A stretch of 64,000 bases of DNA from positions 79,298,001 to 79,362,000 of the forward strand of contig OX597817.1 in NCBI GenBank assembly GCA_951406725.2. The letters run 5' to 3'. Of the stretch, positions 18,059-30,968 are shown in pieces. The position numbers were made by a program, and so were the translations under genes. The DNA comes from Octopus vulgaris (lineage: Eukaryota). Numbering within the stretch: the first letter of the stretch is position 1; each line of letters begins with the position of its first letter. The notes below the pieces were generated by a model, which worked only from the letters and a program-made list of their open reading frames with translations, did no database searches and had not been told where the DNA came from.

Positions 18059-18336
18059 CAGGGGTGTAGCTAGGGTAAATGGTACCCAGGTGAAGCATCA
18101 AAATTGTGCCCTCTGCCCCCAACCAAAAAGCAGTGCATGCATTTTATGAGGTCAAGTAAGAACCACCTAGTCTGTCTTGTGGCATGGATGGTAACAAGCA
18201 AAACAAACCATGCTTGAAAAAGTATTCAAATTTTTTTTAATGGCTTAATCAAAAAATGATCTTGGGTAAATTTTGCCCCACTCAAACTGGTGCCCAGGGC
18301 ATGTGCCCTACTTACCCCACCTTAGCTATTCTCCTG
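18059..18336. mobile_element. MITE (probably hAT)
   Basis: Imperfect TIRs CAGGGGTGTAGCTAGGGT / ACCTTAGCTATTCTCCTG; flanks gatacata/tatacata. Confidence 0.65.
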
Positions 18337-19182
18337 TATACATACATACATATATATATATACACACACTACATATATATTCATACATATAGAGAGATAC
18401 ATACATACATACATACATACATACATACATACATACATACATACACACATACATGCATACATATATATCATCATCATCATCATTTAATGTCGGCTGTCTA
18501 TGCTGGCACGGGTTGGATGCTTTTTACGCGCCACCAGTATGACTGCCCTTTGTGTATCACGACTGCAATTTTGCTCGGATTGATGTGTCTTCTTCTCAAG
18601 CATGACATAATGCCAAAGGTCACAATCATTGCCTCTGTGAAGCTGAACACTCAAAAAGAACTCAGCGACTTTGCTTCCATGGATCTCAATGCATGAAATG
18701 AACTCAGCCACTTTGCTTCCATGAGGCCCATCACTCGTTTTCACTTGGCTTGACGGGCCCTCTCAAGCACTCTCTTTACTCTTTTACTTGTTTCAGTCAT
18801 TTTACTGTGGCCACGCTGGAGCACCGTCTTTAGTCGAGCAAATCGACTCCAGGACTTATTCTTTGTAAGCCTATTGGTCTCTTTTACCGAACTGCCAAGT
18901 TACAGGGACGTAAACACACCAGCATCGGTTGTCAAGCAATGTTGGGGGGGGGCAAACACAGACACACAAACATGTACACAGACATACATATATACATACA
19001 TATATATATATACATATATACGACGAGCTTCTTTCAGTTTCTGTCTACTAAGTTCACTTGGTCGGCCCAAGGCTATACTAGAAGACACTTGCCCAAGGAA
19101 TCATGCAGTGGGACTGGACCCACAATCATGTGGTTGGTAAGCAAGCTACTTACCTCACAGCCACTCCTGCACCTATACATAT

Positions 19183-19264
<82 letters not shown>

Positions 19265-19273
19265 GTATATATG

Positions 19274-19308
<35 letters not shown>

Positions 19309-20081
19309 TCGCATGATAGATCTAGTAAAATGCTTAGTGGTATTTCGTCTGCTGTTACACTCTGAGTTCAAAATCTGCCGAGGTCATTTTTACCTTTCAT
19401 TCTTTTGTGGTCGATAAATTAAGTACCAGTTACGCACTGGTTTCGATGTATTTGACTTAATTCCTTTGTCTGTCCTTGTTTGTCCCCTCTATGCTTAGCC
19501 CTTGTGGGCAATAAAGAAATAAGATTAAACGATAGAATAAGTACTAGGCTTTAAAAAATGTGTCTTCAGGTCGATTCATTTGGCTAAAATCATTCAAGAT
19601 GGTGTCTCCAGCATTGCCTCAGTCAAATGACTGGACAAGTAAGTAAAATTTAAATATATATGTATATATGAGTATGACGTCCTGTTTTTGTTATTATTAT
19701 TATCATTATTGTTTTTACGTATTTTCGTATTCTTATTCGTGTTATCATTATTGTTTTTACGTATTTTCGTATTCTTATTCGTGTTATCATTATTGTTTTT
19801 ACGTATTTTTTTGTATTCTTATTCGTTCCCGTCCTTGTTTTGTATACATTCGAGGCTTTCTTCCAAGGAATCTAATGCGCTTGGCTTAGATTTTCCTTTG
19901 GGGCTGGCCAGGTCGGAGCAATCTCAAGATTAATCAGCCGAAATTGCGAGGATGATCCGGTTCTTGACTGAAGATTGAAGGCTTCGAATGTCCCGTCCGT
20001 GTTTTTTGTATCGTCTTCTAAATGTTTTGCGTTCTTGTCCCAGTTAGTATTTTTTTATGTGTGTGTATATATATATATATA

Positions 20082-20135
<54 letters not shown>

Positions 20136-20404
20136 TTAATAAGGGTGAGAGAATTAGATACTAATTTAATAGTATATCTATTCAACACCAAGTGGCCTAG
20201 TGCTCCGAGAAACCTGGATTATTATAATATTTTATAATATATTATAATATTTTTACAAAATAAATATAAGAGAGTGGTCACTATATGGCTCACTCTAGCA
20301 CTAGTTAATCCAAAAGGTTTCAACCACAAAAATACATGTTTCCCATGAAAGTCAGTACGATTGTTAGCTCACACGGACAGGGCAAATAAAAAATAACAAA
20401 AATA

Positions 20405-20500
20405 CAGATTATTTTGGGACAATTGTTTCGCTATTAATGAATTAAATGTAATTTTACTTACAAAAAAATCCACTTGTAGCTCCTCAGCCAAAACTATCTG
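20405..20500 (-). ncRNA. Type I hammerhead ribozyme, tandem-duplicated copy
   Basis: Identical to 21795-21890; predicted cleavage at position 20418, 1390 bp from the other minus-strand copy. Confidence 0.85.
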
Positions 20501-20577
20501 GATGAAATCCACTCAAGTGATTGAGTGGTTGGTAAGCAAGCTACTTACCTCACAGCCACTCCTGCACCTATACATAT

Positions 20578-20663
<86 letters not shown>

Positions 20664-20664
20664 G

Positions 20665-20699
<35 letters not shown>

Positions 20700-21472
20700 T
20701 CGCATGATAGATCTAGTAAAATGCTTAGTGGTATTTCGTCTGCTGTTACACTCTGAGTTCAAAATCTGCCGAGGTCATTTTTACCTTTCATTCTTTTGTG
20801 GTCGATAAATTAAGTACCAGTTACGCACTGGTTTCGATGTATTTGACTTAATTCCTTTGTCTGTCCTTGTTTGTCCCCTCTATGCTTAGCCCCTTGTGGG
20901 CAATAAAGAAATAAGATTAAACGATAGAATAAGTACTAGGCTTTAAAAAATGTGTCTTCAGGTCGATTCATTTGGCTAAAATCATTCAAGATGGTGCTCC
21001 AGCATTGCCTCAGTCAAATGACTGGACAAGTAAGTAAAATTTAAATATATATGTATATATGAGTATGACGTCCTGTTTTTGTTATTATTATTATCATTAT
21101 TGTTTTTACGTATTTTCGTATTCTTATTCGTGTTATCATTATTGTTTTTACGTATTTTCGTATTCTTATTCGTGTTATCATTATTGTTTTTACGTATTTT
21201 TTTGTATTCTTATTCGTTCCCGTCCTTGTTTTGTATACATTCGAGGCTTTCTTCCAAGGAATCTAATGCGCTTGGCTTAGATTTTCCTTTGGGGCTGGCC
21301 AGGTCGGAGCAATCTCAAGATTAATCAGCCGAAATTGCGAGGATGATCCGGTTCTTGACTGAAGATTGAAGGCTTCGAATGTCCCGTCCGTGTTTTTTGT
21401 ATCGTCTTCTAAATGTTTTGCGTTCTTGTCCCAGTTAGTATTTTTTTATGTGTGTGTATATATATATATATA

Positions 21473-21526
<54 letters not shown>

Positions 21527-21794
21527 TTAATAAGGGTGAGAGAATTAGATACTAATTTAATAGTATATCTATTCAACACCAAGTGGCCTAGTGCTCCGAG
21601 AAACCTGGATTATTATAATATTTTATAATATATTATAATATTTTTACAAAATAAATATAAGAGAGTGGTCACTATATGGCTCACTCTAGCACTAGTTAAT
21701 CCAAAAGGTTTCAACCACAAAAATACATGTTTCCCATGAAAGTCAGTACGATTGTTAGCTCACACGGACAGGGCAAATAAAAATAACAAAAATA

Positions 21795-21890
21795 CAGATT
21801 ATTTTGGGACAATTGTTTCGCTATTAATGAATTAAATGTAATTTTACTTACAAAAAAATCCACTTGTAGCTCCTCAGCCAAAACTATCTG
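21795..21890 (-). ncRNA. Type I hammerhead ribozyme, inverted copy
   Basis: Reverse complement of 21915-22010; predicted cleavage at position 21808. Confidence 0.87.
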
Positions 21891-21914
21891 GCGTGTGATT
21901 GAGTGGATTTCATC

Positions 21915-22010
21915 CAGATAGTTTTGGCTGAGGAGCTACAAGTGGATTTTTTTGTAAGTAAAATTACATTTAATTCATTAATAGCGAAACAATTGTCCCA
22001 AAATAATCTG
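21915..22010 (+). ncRNA. Type I hammerhead ribozyme (intact core)
   Basis: Stem I cagat-ag-ttttgg / ccaaaa-ta-atctg; CTGAGGA 21928-21934; stem II gcta/tagc closing a 43-nt loop; GAAA 21986-21989; palindromic stem III ACAATTGT; GUC cleavage triplet ending at 21997. Confidence 0.88.
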
Positions 22011-22235
22011 TATTTTTGTTATTTTTTATTTGCCCTGTCCGTGTGAGCTAACAATCGTACTGACTTTCATGGGAAACATGTATTTTTGTGGTTGAAACCT
22101 TTTGGATTAACTAGTGCTAGAGTGAGCCATATAGTGACCACTCTCTTATATTTATTTTATATTATATATATATATATACATGTTACGTTTATATATTTGT
22201 TTTGCAAGATTTTTTATGTGAAATTGTGTATTGAA

Positions 22236-22462
22236 ATATATATTGTTGTATTTAGGGATGGTCATTTTGCCAATTTAACCAATAAAACACACGCACTATA
22301 TATTTGATGCAGTCACAGGAGTGTGACGAAAGAACTCTGGCCAAAATAAGATTACGATTAATGTAAAAAATAAATAACGCTGAAGTAACACCTAATATAT
22401 AGTGCATGTGCTTTTATCGGCTAATCTGGCAAAATGACCATTCCTAAATACAACAATATATA
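22236..22462. mobile_element. Inverted pair in (TA)n with truncated hammerhead-like remnant at 22304-22346
   Basis: Arms about 22236-22304 and 22394-22462 are diverged reverse complements; the spacer reads ttgatgca-gtcac-aggagt-gtgac-GAAA-gaactct. Confidence 0.6.
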
Positions 22463-22470
22463 TACATATG

Positions 22471-22553
<83 letters not shown>

Positions 22554-22596
22554 TCATTATCATTTAACGCTAGCATGCGTGGGTATATGTGAATCG

Positions 22597-23644
22597 TTGA
22601 CGATGTGTCCTGTGTTGCCTTCGAAACACGCCTGAGTTAACTAGCGACAGCTGATGACGGTGGATTTTTCCTTGTGTAGCATGTCCTGTACTTGTTTTCT
22701 TGTAAAAAAAAAAATTTTGTTTTTCCCGTTTCTACGTCTTGTGTTGTCCTGTACTTACGTATATTTATTTATATATGCATGTATATATACATGTAGATAT
22801 AGGTACGTACATATATGTTTGTATGTATGCATATATTTTTATTTATTACATTATTGTCTGACAGCGCCTCGCGTCAGGTTCGTTTCGATGTATCGGTTCG
22901 TTCCACTTCTTGTCTCCATTTAATTTTTATATATATATTTAAGACGCAAAATTCGCTCCCTTTGCTTTACCCTCTCCACTCTCTCTCCCTCTCACTCTTC
23001 CTCTTTTCTCTCTCTTAGCCGCGTGTCCCCCTCCTCCTTCCTTCTTTCTCACCGCCAGCCTAAAAATTTCTTTCTTTCGCACGCTGCCTCTGCTACTGAA
23101 AAGTCAAGCTTTCCACACGCTGCCACACAACATCTTTCGTCTAGCCAAAAAAAGGCATTTTCGTTTGTTTGTTTTTTCTCACTTGTTCTCTTGTTTGTTT
23201 GATTTCCCGTATTGTATTCTCTTTTTATTTCTCGTCTTGTATTTTTTTGTACATGTATTTTTATCTTGTATTTTATTGTGCAGTTTTATTGTTACATCCT
23301 GTTTGTGTTGTTACCCGTTTTACCCCGCTGCTTGGAATTTTATTTTAATTCTCTCGCAGGAAGGCCTAGTTGACGATGTGTCCTGTCTTGCCTTCGAAAC
23401 ACGCCTGAGTTAACTTGCGACAGCTGATCACGGTGGATTTTTCCTTGTGTAGCATGTCCTGTACTTGTTTTCTTGTAAAAAAGTTTTGTTTTTCCCGTTT
23501 CTACGTCTTAAAATTTTGTTTTTCCCGTTTCTACGTCTTGTTGTGTTGTCCTGTACTTACGTATATTTATTTATATATGCATGTATATATACATGTAGAT
23601 GTAGGTACGTACATATATGTTTGTATGTATGCATATATTTTATT

Positions 23645-23650
<6 letters not shown>
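22597..23650 (+). mobile_element. Non-coding element with about 250-280 bp direct terminal repeats (PLE pLTR/retrozyme-like layout)
   Basis: 22597-22846 is repeated at 23369-23650 (ttgacgatgtgtcctg..ttgccttcgaaacacgcctgagttaac...); pyrimidine-rich interior; flanked by (TA)n. Confidence 0.6.
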
Positions 23651-23682
<32 letters not shown>

Positions 23683-23917
23683 TAGAAAAAAACCACCTTT
23701 TATCAATTCAAAATGAACAATTAAATTACACCATCTAGAAAATTACATATAACAGAAATATCAAAATTAAAATAACAATAAATATGTCAATGATTAAGTG
23801 AATTGCAAAAAAATAATAATAAAAACGTATATAATAGGTAGAATAATGACAGGTGTTTCGTGGTTCTATTTAAGAAATTATTATTCCCTCAAAAATAATA
23901 ATAATTATATATATATT

Positions 23918-23983
<66 letters not shown>

Positions 23984-24581
23984 GAGAATGTTATGTGTGT
24001 GTATGCTTGCGTATGTTCCTTGTGCATTCCAAAATCGAATTGCCGATTTTGACGTAAGGTGTATCAAAAGATTTAGTAAGCTTTTGGCTACCAGCTAAAC
24101 TATATATTCATTCACATATTTCCATTACAAAATTTTAACATTATTATTTTTCTTTTAGTCACCTATCGTAAACGACATTTTATATACCTCCCACAATGAC
24201 GATGACGTTACATTTTCTATACGAGTATGTTCGCACCTTCGTTACCTACGTTAGGCCGATGACTTACAAGTATATGTGCGTGACGGTGTATGTGTCTGTC
24301 ACTATACATACATGTTTGTGACAACTAACACGCACACACATCTAAAGACAAAGGCAGACACACACAGTGACAGAGATGGATTTCACGTGTGCGTTAATGT
24401 ACGTGTGTGTGTCTCTCTTAGTTTATGTATGTAACTTCCCCACTCCAACAGTGAAATGCGCCGATATTGAAAGTTTACTTGCGGCCTAGACTTCAAACAA
24501 ACAACAACTTTCACTTTCAAGTACTACCAACAATGAAAATTTGGTTGATTTAACACCACTTACAATAGTCGCAAATATATC

Positions 24582-24616
<35 letters not shown>

Positions 24617-24625
<9 letters not shown>

Positions 24626-24955
24626 TAAATTAGAGATAAAACCACTATTAAGCAAATCAAACAGTGAAAATCATAAGCCAATACATTATTTAAATTATTA
24701 ATTTAAATAATTTTTAAAATTTTAACTTTAATTTAAATATTTTAATTGGATTTTTATATTTTATATTTTATATTTTTTATATATTTTTTAATTAATTTTA
24801 TTTCTATGTATTGGCTTATGATTTTCACTGTTTTATTTGCCTAATAGTGGTTTTATCTCTAATTTAATATAATATATATTTATACTATAAAATTAGATTT
24901 AATCCTAAATCTAATTTTTCCCTGTAAGTTTGGATTTACTCCCTAATATTATTAT
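24617..24955. repeat. Inverted repeat element within (TA)n
   Basis: Arms 24617-24685 and 24807-24878 are near-perfect reverse complements around a roughly 120-bp almost pure A/T spacer. Confidence 0.8.
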
Positions 24956-24964
24956 TATATATAC

Positions 24965-25065
<101 letters not shown>

Positions 25066-25598
25066 AATTTGGTTATTTTACAATTTCGGAAACTTGGCGA
25101 AATAGAAAGCCTCAGCGGCTCTTTCAATATAAATACAGAAATGTTATTCCACTCCTTCTCGCCAGTTTCAAGGTAATGTTCTTTTTTTAACAGTCCTTGT
25201 ATTCTTCATCACTGTATCAACGTCGAATCCTCCTTTTTATACACTTAGTTCAGCGTTCGTTCCAAAATTGTAAAATATATTTATTTTTGTATGAAAAATT
25301 GAATTATGCCTTCTGAATTTTCTTGAACATTCACTTTCTTACCGTGACATTCATTCAATCGTGAATTTTATAAAATTTAGTACATGTTCCAAATAAATGT
25401 TGACTTTCTGTACTTTCTTACATTGGTGAAGCATACTAACTTTTACTAAATTGGTGACTTTGCATTCTTTTATAGCATAACTAGGCTAGAGAAAGTATGT
25501 TTTGCACTTATATTGACTACATTTCCTTTCGCTTGAACTTCGTGTGTGTACGTTTTGCTGTTTTCAATATTATCAATTCTATGAGTGTGTGCGTGCGT

Positions 25599-25662
<64 letters not shown>

Positions 25663-25724
25663 GTTCGTTACGTCTATAGTAAACTATAGTAAAGAACATT
25701 TTACTCTGTTTTAATGAGCCCATA

Positions 25725-26710
25725 TCAAATGAAGCAGCTATATTTATGGATGGTGATCCCATTGAAAATCATGATATTCTCATTCGTGTTCAAGATAACC
25801 TTAAACGTATTTCACAGACTCACCCTTCTTATGATGCTCTCCAGGATAATCTTATTCTGTGGGATGGACACAATGGGTATTATCTCAACACTCCCCGGTT
25901 TGAACCTGCAACAGGATAGTCAATTACAAACAAAAAGATGTCACCAAATGACTTCTATTCTTACCAACTGATGTTAAGACCAGAACAGTCAAATTCTTTA
26001 TATTATAGGCACAAGGGAGGGGAACAGTCGACTACATCGGCCGCAGTGTCTCACTGGTACTTAATTTATCGATCTCGAAAAGATGAAAGGCAAAGTTGAC
26101 CCCGGCGGCATTTGAACAGGCGAAATACCGCTCAAGCATTTTGCCCGGGATGCTGACGATTTTCCCAGCTCGCTGTCTTCCAGAACAATCAAATCAATTA
26201 CACTTATCAAATAAACTTTATTTTCATTTATATACTTCCTGCTTTATCTCAATAACCAGCTACAGTCATTTCAAATACACTTCTCTACAACGACCAGGTT
26301 TCATTAGAAAATGAAATAGTTTTACAATTTCAAGTTGAACCAAAATTAAAAGTGTTGCAAAGAGTGACGATGTGTGAATAATGAAAACAAAATTTAGAAA
26401 ATGTTACAAATTAAAAAATTGTGATGGGGATAGAGGGAAATTAAAATTTTGAAAACGTGATTTCTGGACAAAATCGTATTTATATGCGATGAAACAATAC
26501 ATAGTTTCTGATCCTTCTTAAGAACAGAAAGCACTTTCATACAAACCTATACAAATTGTACCCTCGTTCTTCACTATTAAACAAAAAATAACTTCCATTA
26601 TTCCATTAACTATATATCAGCTGTGCCGAATCTGGCGATAAGAAAGGAGCAAATAATACAATGTGCTTGTAGGTCAGAACACCCGAGCAACGCCGGGATG
26701 CATTGTTAGT
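25725..26710 (+). mobile_element. Helitron remnant with inserted SINE
   Basis: 25728-26000 translates to ..LKRISQTHPSYDALQ..ILWDGHNGY..FYSYQLMLR (Helitron RepHel N-terminal motif); hairpin cccgagcaacgccggg..TTAGT at 26682-26710. The 5' boundary is not resolved. Confidence 0.75.
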
Positions 26711-26777
26711 GTGTGCGTGTGCGTATATATATATATATATATATATAATCAAAATAAGCAACAAGGGTATCCAGAGG

Positions 26778-26824
<47 letters not shown>

Positions 26825-27024
26825 GTGTGTGTATATATATATATATAAAAGGTATGTGAATATATTGTTGTCTAAATTACGCAAAAATAAAAATAACACT
26901 GACATCTCATTTTCACAGATATATTTACCAAAATTATATAAAGATATCTTAAAATAGTAAAGAGTGCCCCAGCATGACCACAGCTCATGAGCTGAAACTA
27001 GAATCAATCAATCGATCAGTAAAT

Positions 27025-28088
27025 TTATTCAATAAAATCACCATTGGATTGAACCACAGGCTCCAGATGACTTCGGAATCTCCTGCAACTCTTCTGGACA
27101 ATCTCCTTGTTTAAGTTGGTAAATGCTGCCATAATCCTTGCCTTCAGTTCATCTTTGGTGTTACAAGGAATTCTGTTGGTCTCTCGCTCAACTGCACCCC
27201 ACACATAATAACCAAGTGGACTGCAGTCTGGGGAGCTAGGTGGCCAGATTTTAGGGGTGATGTGGTCGTAGTAATTGTTTGACAGCCATGACTGTTTTCT
27301 TCTGCTTGTGTGACATGGTGCAGAATCTTGTTGCCAGACACAGGGTTTTCTAGTAGCCACCCTCTTCACCCAGGGCAGCGCTACCTCCTCCAGACACTTG
27401 ATGCCACCAGTCATCTTCCCGTGTGGCATAAGGTCGCCATCACTAGTGATAACTCGAAACACCATGATGTTGATTGGATGTTTGATTTTCATCAATCTCG
27501 GTAAATGTTTTGGAGACACGGCAAGCCAACGGTTGTTCTCTGTGTTCACCAACTGATTCTGGCAGAAATTTTTTTTCTGAGAAAAGCCAAAGCATGGTCG
27601 GTTGGAGAGGATACTTGAGTTTGTTCATAATAAATGTTCGTAGCATGGTCTTTTCTCTTGTCCTTTGTGGCTTGGGATAAAATTTGGTACTCCCTCATCT
27701 TGTATGAGGAACACTGAATGTCTTCATGCACTTCCTGCCTGATAAGAAACTCAGACATTCCTGTGTCCCTGGCAATGGACCTGATTGACTTGGAGAGATC
27801 GTTGTCGATCATAGCTGGGATCTCACCAACAAATTCAGGAGTTCTTTTCAGATTGACACCCAAGCACTCTGAAATGTTCGTATTGGAGCTTCCAGTGTGA
27901 ACGCCAAGCAGTTCATCATATCATTACAAAATTTCTGGCAGAGTGAATAGCATCATGCTGCTGTTTTTCTCACAGATGGTCCCCAACTGACCCTACTATA
28001 CTGTGTAGTTGGCAAAATTAAAAACAAACAATGCACATGCGCGAAATTAAAAATATAAAATGGTGAGAATTTATCCATCGCACCCTGT
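27025..28088 (-). mobile_element. Tc1/mariner-superfamily (maT/DD37D-like) transposon pseudogene
   Basis: ORFs 27546-27863 (HTH-like, KSIRSIARD) and 27025-27552 (WQQDSAPCH, WPPSSPDCSPLGYYVWG); terminus TA-CAGGGTGCGATGG at 28088. Confidence 0.9.
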
Positions 28089-28107
28089 ATATATATATGT
28101 GTGTCTG

Positions 28108-28179
<72 letters not shown>

Positions 28180-28185
<6 letters not shown>

Positions 28186-29598
28186 TGAGAATGTGTGTCT
28201 GTCTGTCTGTCTGTCTGTTTGTGTGTTTCCCTAAAACTTGAGAACTACACAACCAATTTCATTCAAATTTTACACATGCCTTACTTGGGGTCCGGGGAGT
28301 GTCATCGGCAAAAAAAATTTTTAATTTTTGCCTAGGGCGAGCCCACAGCAATATCATATCTTCTCCACTATTTCAGTATTACGTGTTAAAAGTGAAAGAA
28401 AAACATCTCTCTATTTTATGTCAGATACTTTCACTTTAACAATAAAAATTAGAGAAAATAATAACAATTGAATTATATGTAGTAAATAATAATTACAATC
28501 AAACTAAAGTATAATATAATGATTAAATCGTAGCATTGCATCATTGACTTGAACTTGAATCAGTGGTTTCACATGAATGGGAATAAATAAAAAATGAAAT
28601 TTAAGTGCAGAAATGGAATAGTCCAGATGGAGGTGTGCACGGCTTTTACATTAGATTATTTGCTAATTAGCTAGCATTAAGTATCTACATGAAGTTTGGT
28701 TGTACGAAAGATGCTTCTACTGAATACCGCTGTTGGTTTATTTCTGATCCATAAAGGACTATAGCTTCAACAGAGTTCTGCTTTTTTGTTTACCGTAAGG
28801 TTTGTTGTTATTATTATTTCTGTTTAACTATTGTTATCACGTTTGTTGGTTCCTCGTAAGGGAAGCGTTGTTGTATTGCATTTGTTAAATAATTGTAAAC
28901 CGTAACCCTCCCCCTTTGGGAGAAGGAGCTTTGGTTATTGTTTAAAAATTGAATTGCGTCCCTGTTTGGGGAAATTGTCAATATTTTCACCGTTTACACG
29001 GAAGCATTTTTGATAAAATGCCTTCGATAGAAGAAAGTCCAAAAATGAGTTTTGCTGCAGCCGTCTAACCAGTATCTAACCAGAGGCGGTAAATTCGCCA
29101 CAATGGAAGCAAGGTTCAAGTCAACGGAGCATGCAAGGGAGTACTCGACTCGAACCTTGCAAAGTCGAAATATTTTATTTTTACCTTTATATCTGGGGCG
29201 TAGGACGTCCCGGATAAAAGTTTTAAATGCCCCCCCCCCCCCGCCACCAGAAGTAGCGGTAGGCTGGATTGTAGCCACACTTCTATACAAGAGGGAGGAC
29301 AAGATACAATTGATCGAAATTACAAGAGACGGGCTAACAATTCCTGTCTGTTATATATTTTGAGTATTGTTATCACTAGCGATATCAAGATATAACTTTG
29401 TATTTTATGTGTAGATGTATATATAGAGATGTACATGTAATATTTACATATATATATACACATATATACATGCACTAGCACTATGACCCGGCAACGACTG
29501 GTCTTTAATGCTAGTATATATATAAAACTGAGAATATATGTCTGTCTGTCTGTGTGATCCCCTAAAACTTCAGAACTACACAATGCTACACAATGCTA

Positions 29599-29600
<2 letters not shown>
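28180..29600 (+). mobile_element. Non-autonomous Helitron plus short tandem partial copy
   Basis: 5' end aaaactgagaat..(gtct)n..ccctaaaactt..gaactacacaa, repeated at 29524-29600; 3' end gacccggcaacgactggtc..CTAGT at about 29486-29515. Confidence 0.7.
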
Positions 29601-29642
<42 letters not shown>

Positions 29643-29763
29643 ATAATAAATCTCTGAACGAGATATAAACAGTAACCGCTGACAACGTAAGGGTATCAGC
29701 CACATTCAGATGGCTAATACCCCTTACGTTATATATATATAATATATATAATAATAATATATA

Positions 29764-29814
<51 letters not shown>

Positions 29815-30090
29815 GGTTTGGCGATGATGTACAGGTATTATATATTAGAAAAAATGAGGTTCTCAGAAATCTGGATGGTTTTATATTTACAGATATTTAT
29901 TAATATGTCACATGCTTTTATGAATCATATATTAGCGCTTGTGTCCATATATATATATATTTATTTATATATATTACCAATATAATATGTATATATATAT
30001 ATATTTATACATATATACATATATATATATATACATATATATATATGTATATGTATATATATATATACATATATATATATACATATATAC

Positions 30091-30144
<54 letters not shown>

Positions 30145-30297
30145 TATATTGGTAATATGTATAAATAAATAATATATATATATGACATCTATCATCATCA
30201 TCAGTTAACACTATCTACTCTTCCATTCTTCTACGGATCACACAGAATTGTCGATGCAAATTTTCTATGGATGGATACCCTACGCGTGTGCGTGTGT

Positions 30298-30341
<44 letters not shown>

Positions 30342-30909
30342 ATATATGTGTATGTTTCTTTCAATGTGTGTGTATGTTTGTTTGTGCAGGTATAGAATTA
30401 TATACACTGAGCTATTAAATGAGTCTTTTATCTTTCGGGTTTTATATTTTTTCCCTCTATATCCTTCCTTTCTTCTTCTTTAAATTTCTATCAATGTAAC
30501 AACATGCTTCTCTATAAATCTCTGTAATTATTTTTTTCTCTGTAGCCCTCTTACTTTTACACACTAATCTTTTGTAAATCACACACTTTTAATGCTATTT
30601 TGACTTGCAATGAATTCCGTTTTAACTCCATTTTTTGAAAAATTCTTTTTAAAGCTTCTTTTAAATATTTTTATCGTATGTGTATTTAATTGCAGGATTC
30701 TCTTAAAATATTGTTCTTTATTTTACCCAGCTTACAGAAATTTAATAAACATGTCAGTATTTCATTGTTTATTTCTTTTGTTCCAAGTCGATATCTTTCT
30801 CATTTAGCTTATTTTTCTCTTCAGATCTATCTGTGTTGTGTTTATATTCTCTTCAGTTTATTAGAATTCTCAATGAATTTCTCTTTTGACCATCATTCTC
30901 ATCATCATC

Positions 30910-30968
<59 letters not shown>

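Larger units (their letters stand above)
19130..21891. repeat. Near-perfect 1.39-kb tandem duplication (19130-20524 / 20525-21891)
   Basis: Identical ORF translations offset by 1391 bp (19668 vs 21059; 19688 vs 21079); only microsatellite-length and single-base indel differences seen; GTGG microhomology at the junction. Confidence 0.95.
21521..22160. mobile_element. Head-to-head inverted pair of hammerhead-containing pLTR-like sequences within (TA)n
   Basis: Arms about 21648-21891 and 21914-22158 are reverse complements; the left arm extends about 125 bp further; both outer ends run into TA repeats. Confidence 0.75.

Noticed and set aside
19970-20000. CTGAAGA..GAAT hammerhead-like motif (also at about 21360)
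   Set aside because: No GAAA and no convincing stems.
22620-22665. Type II hammerhead reading (GAAAC...CTGATGA)
   Set aside because: Stems I and II do not pair, and the second repeat copy has CTGATCA.
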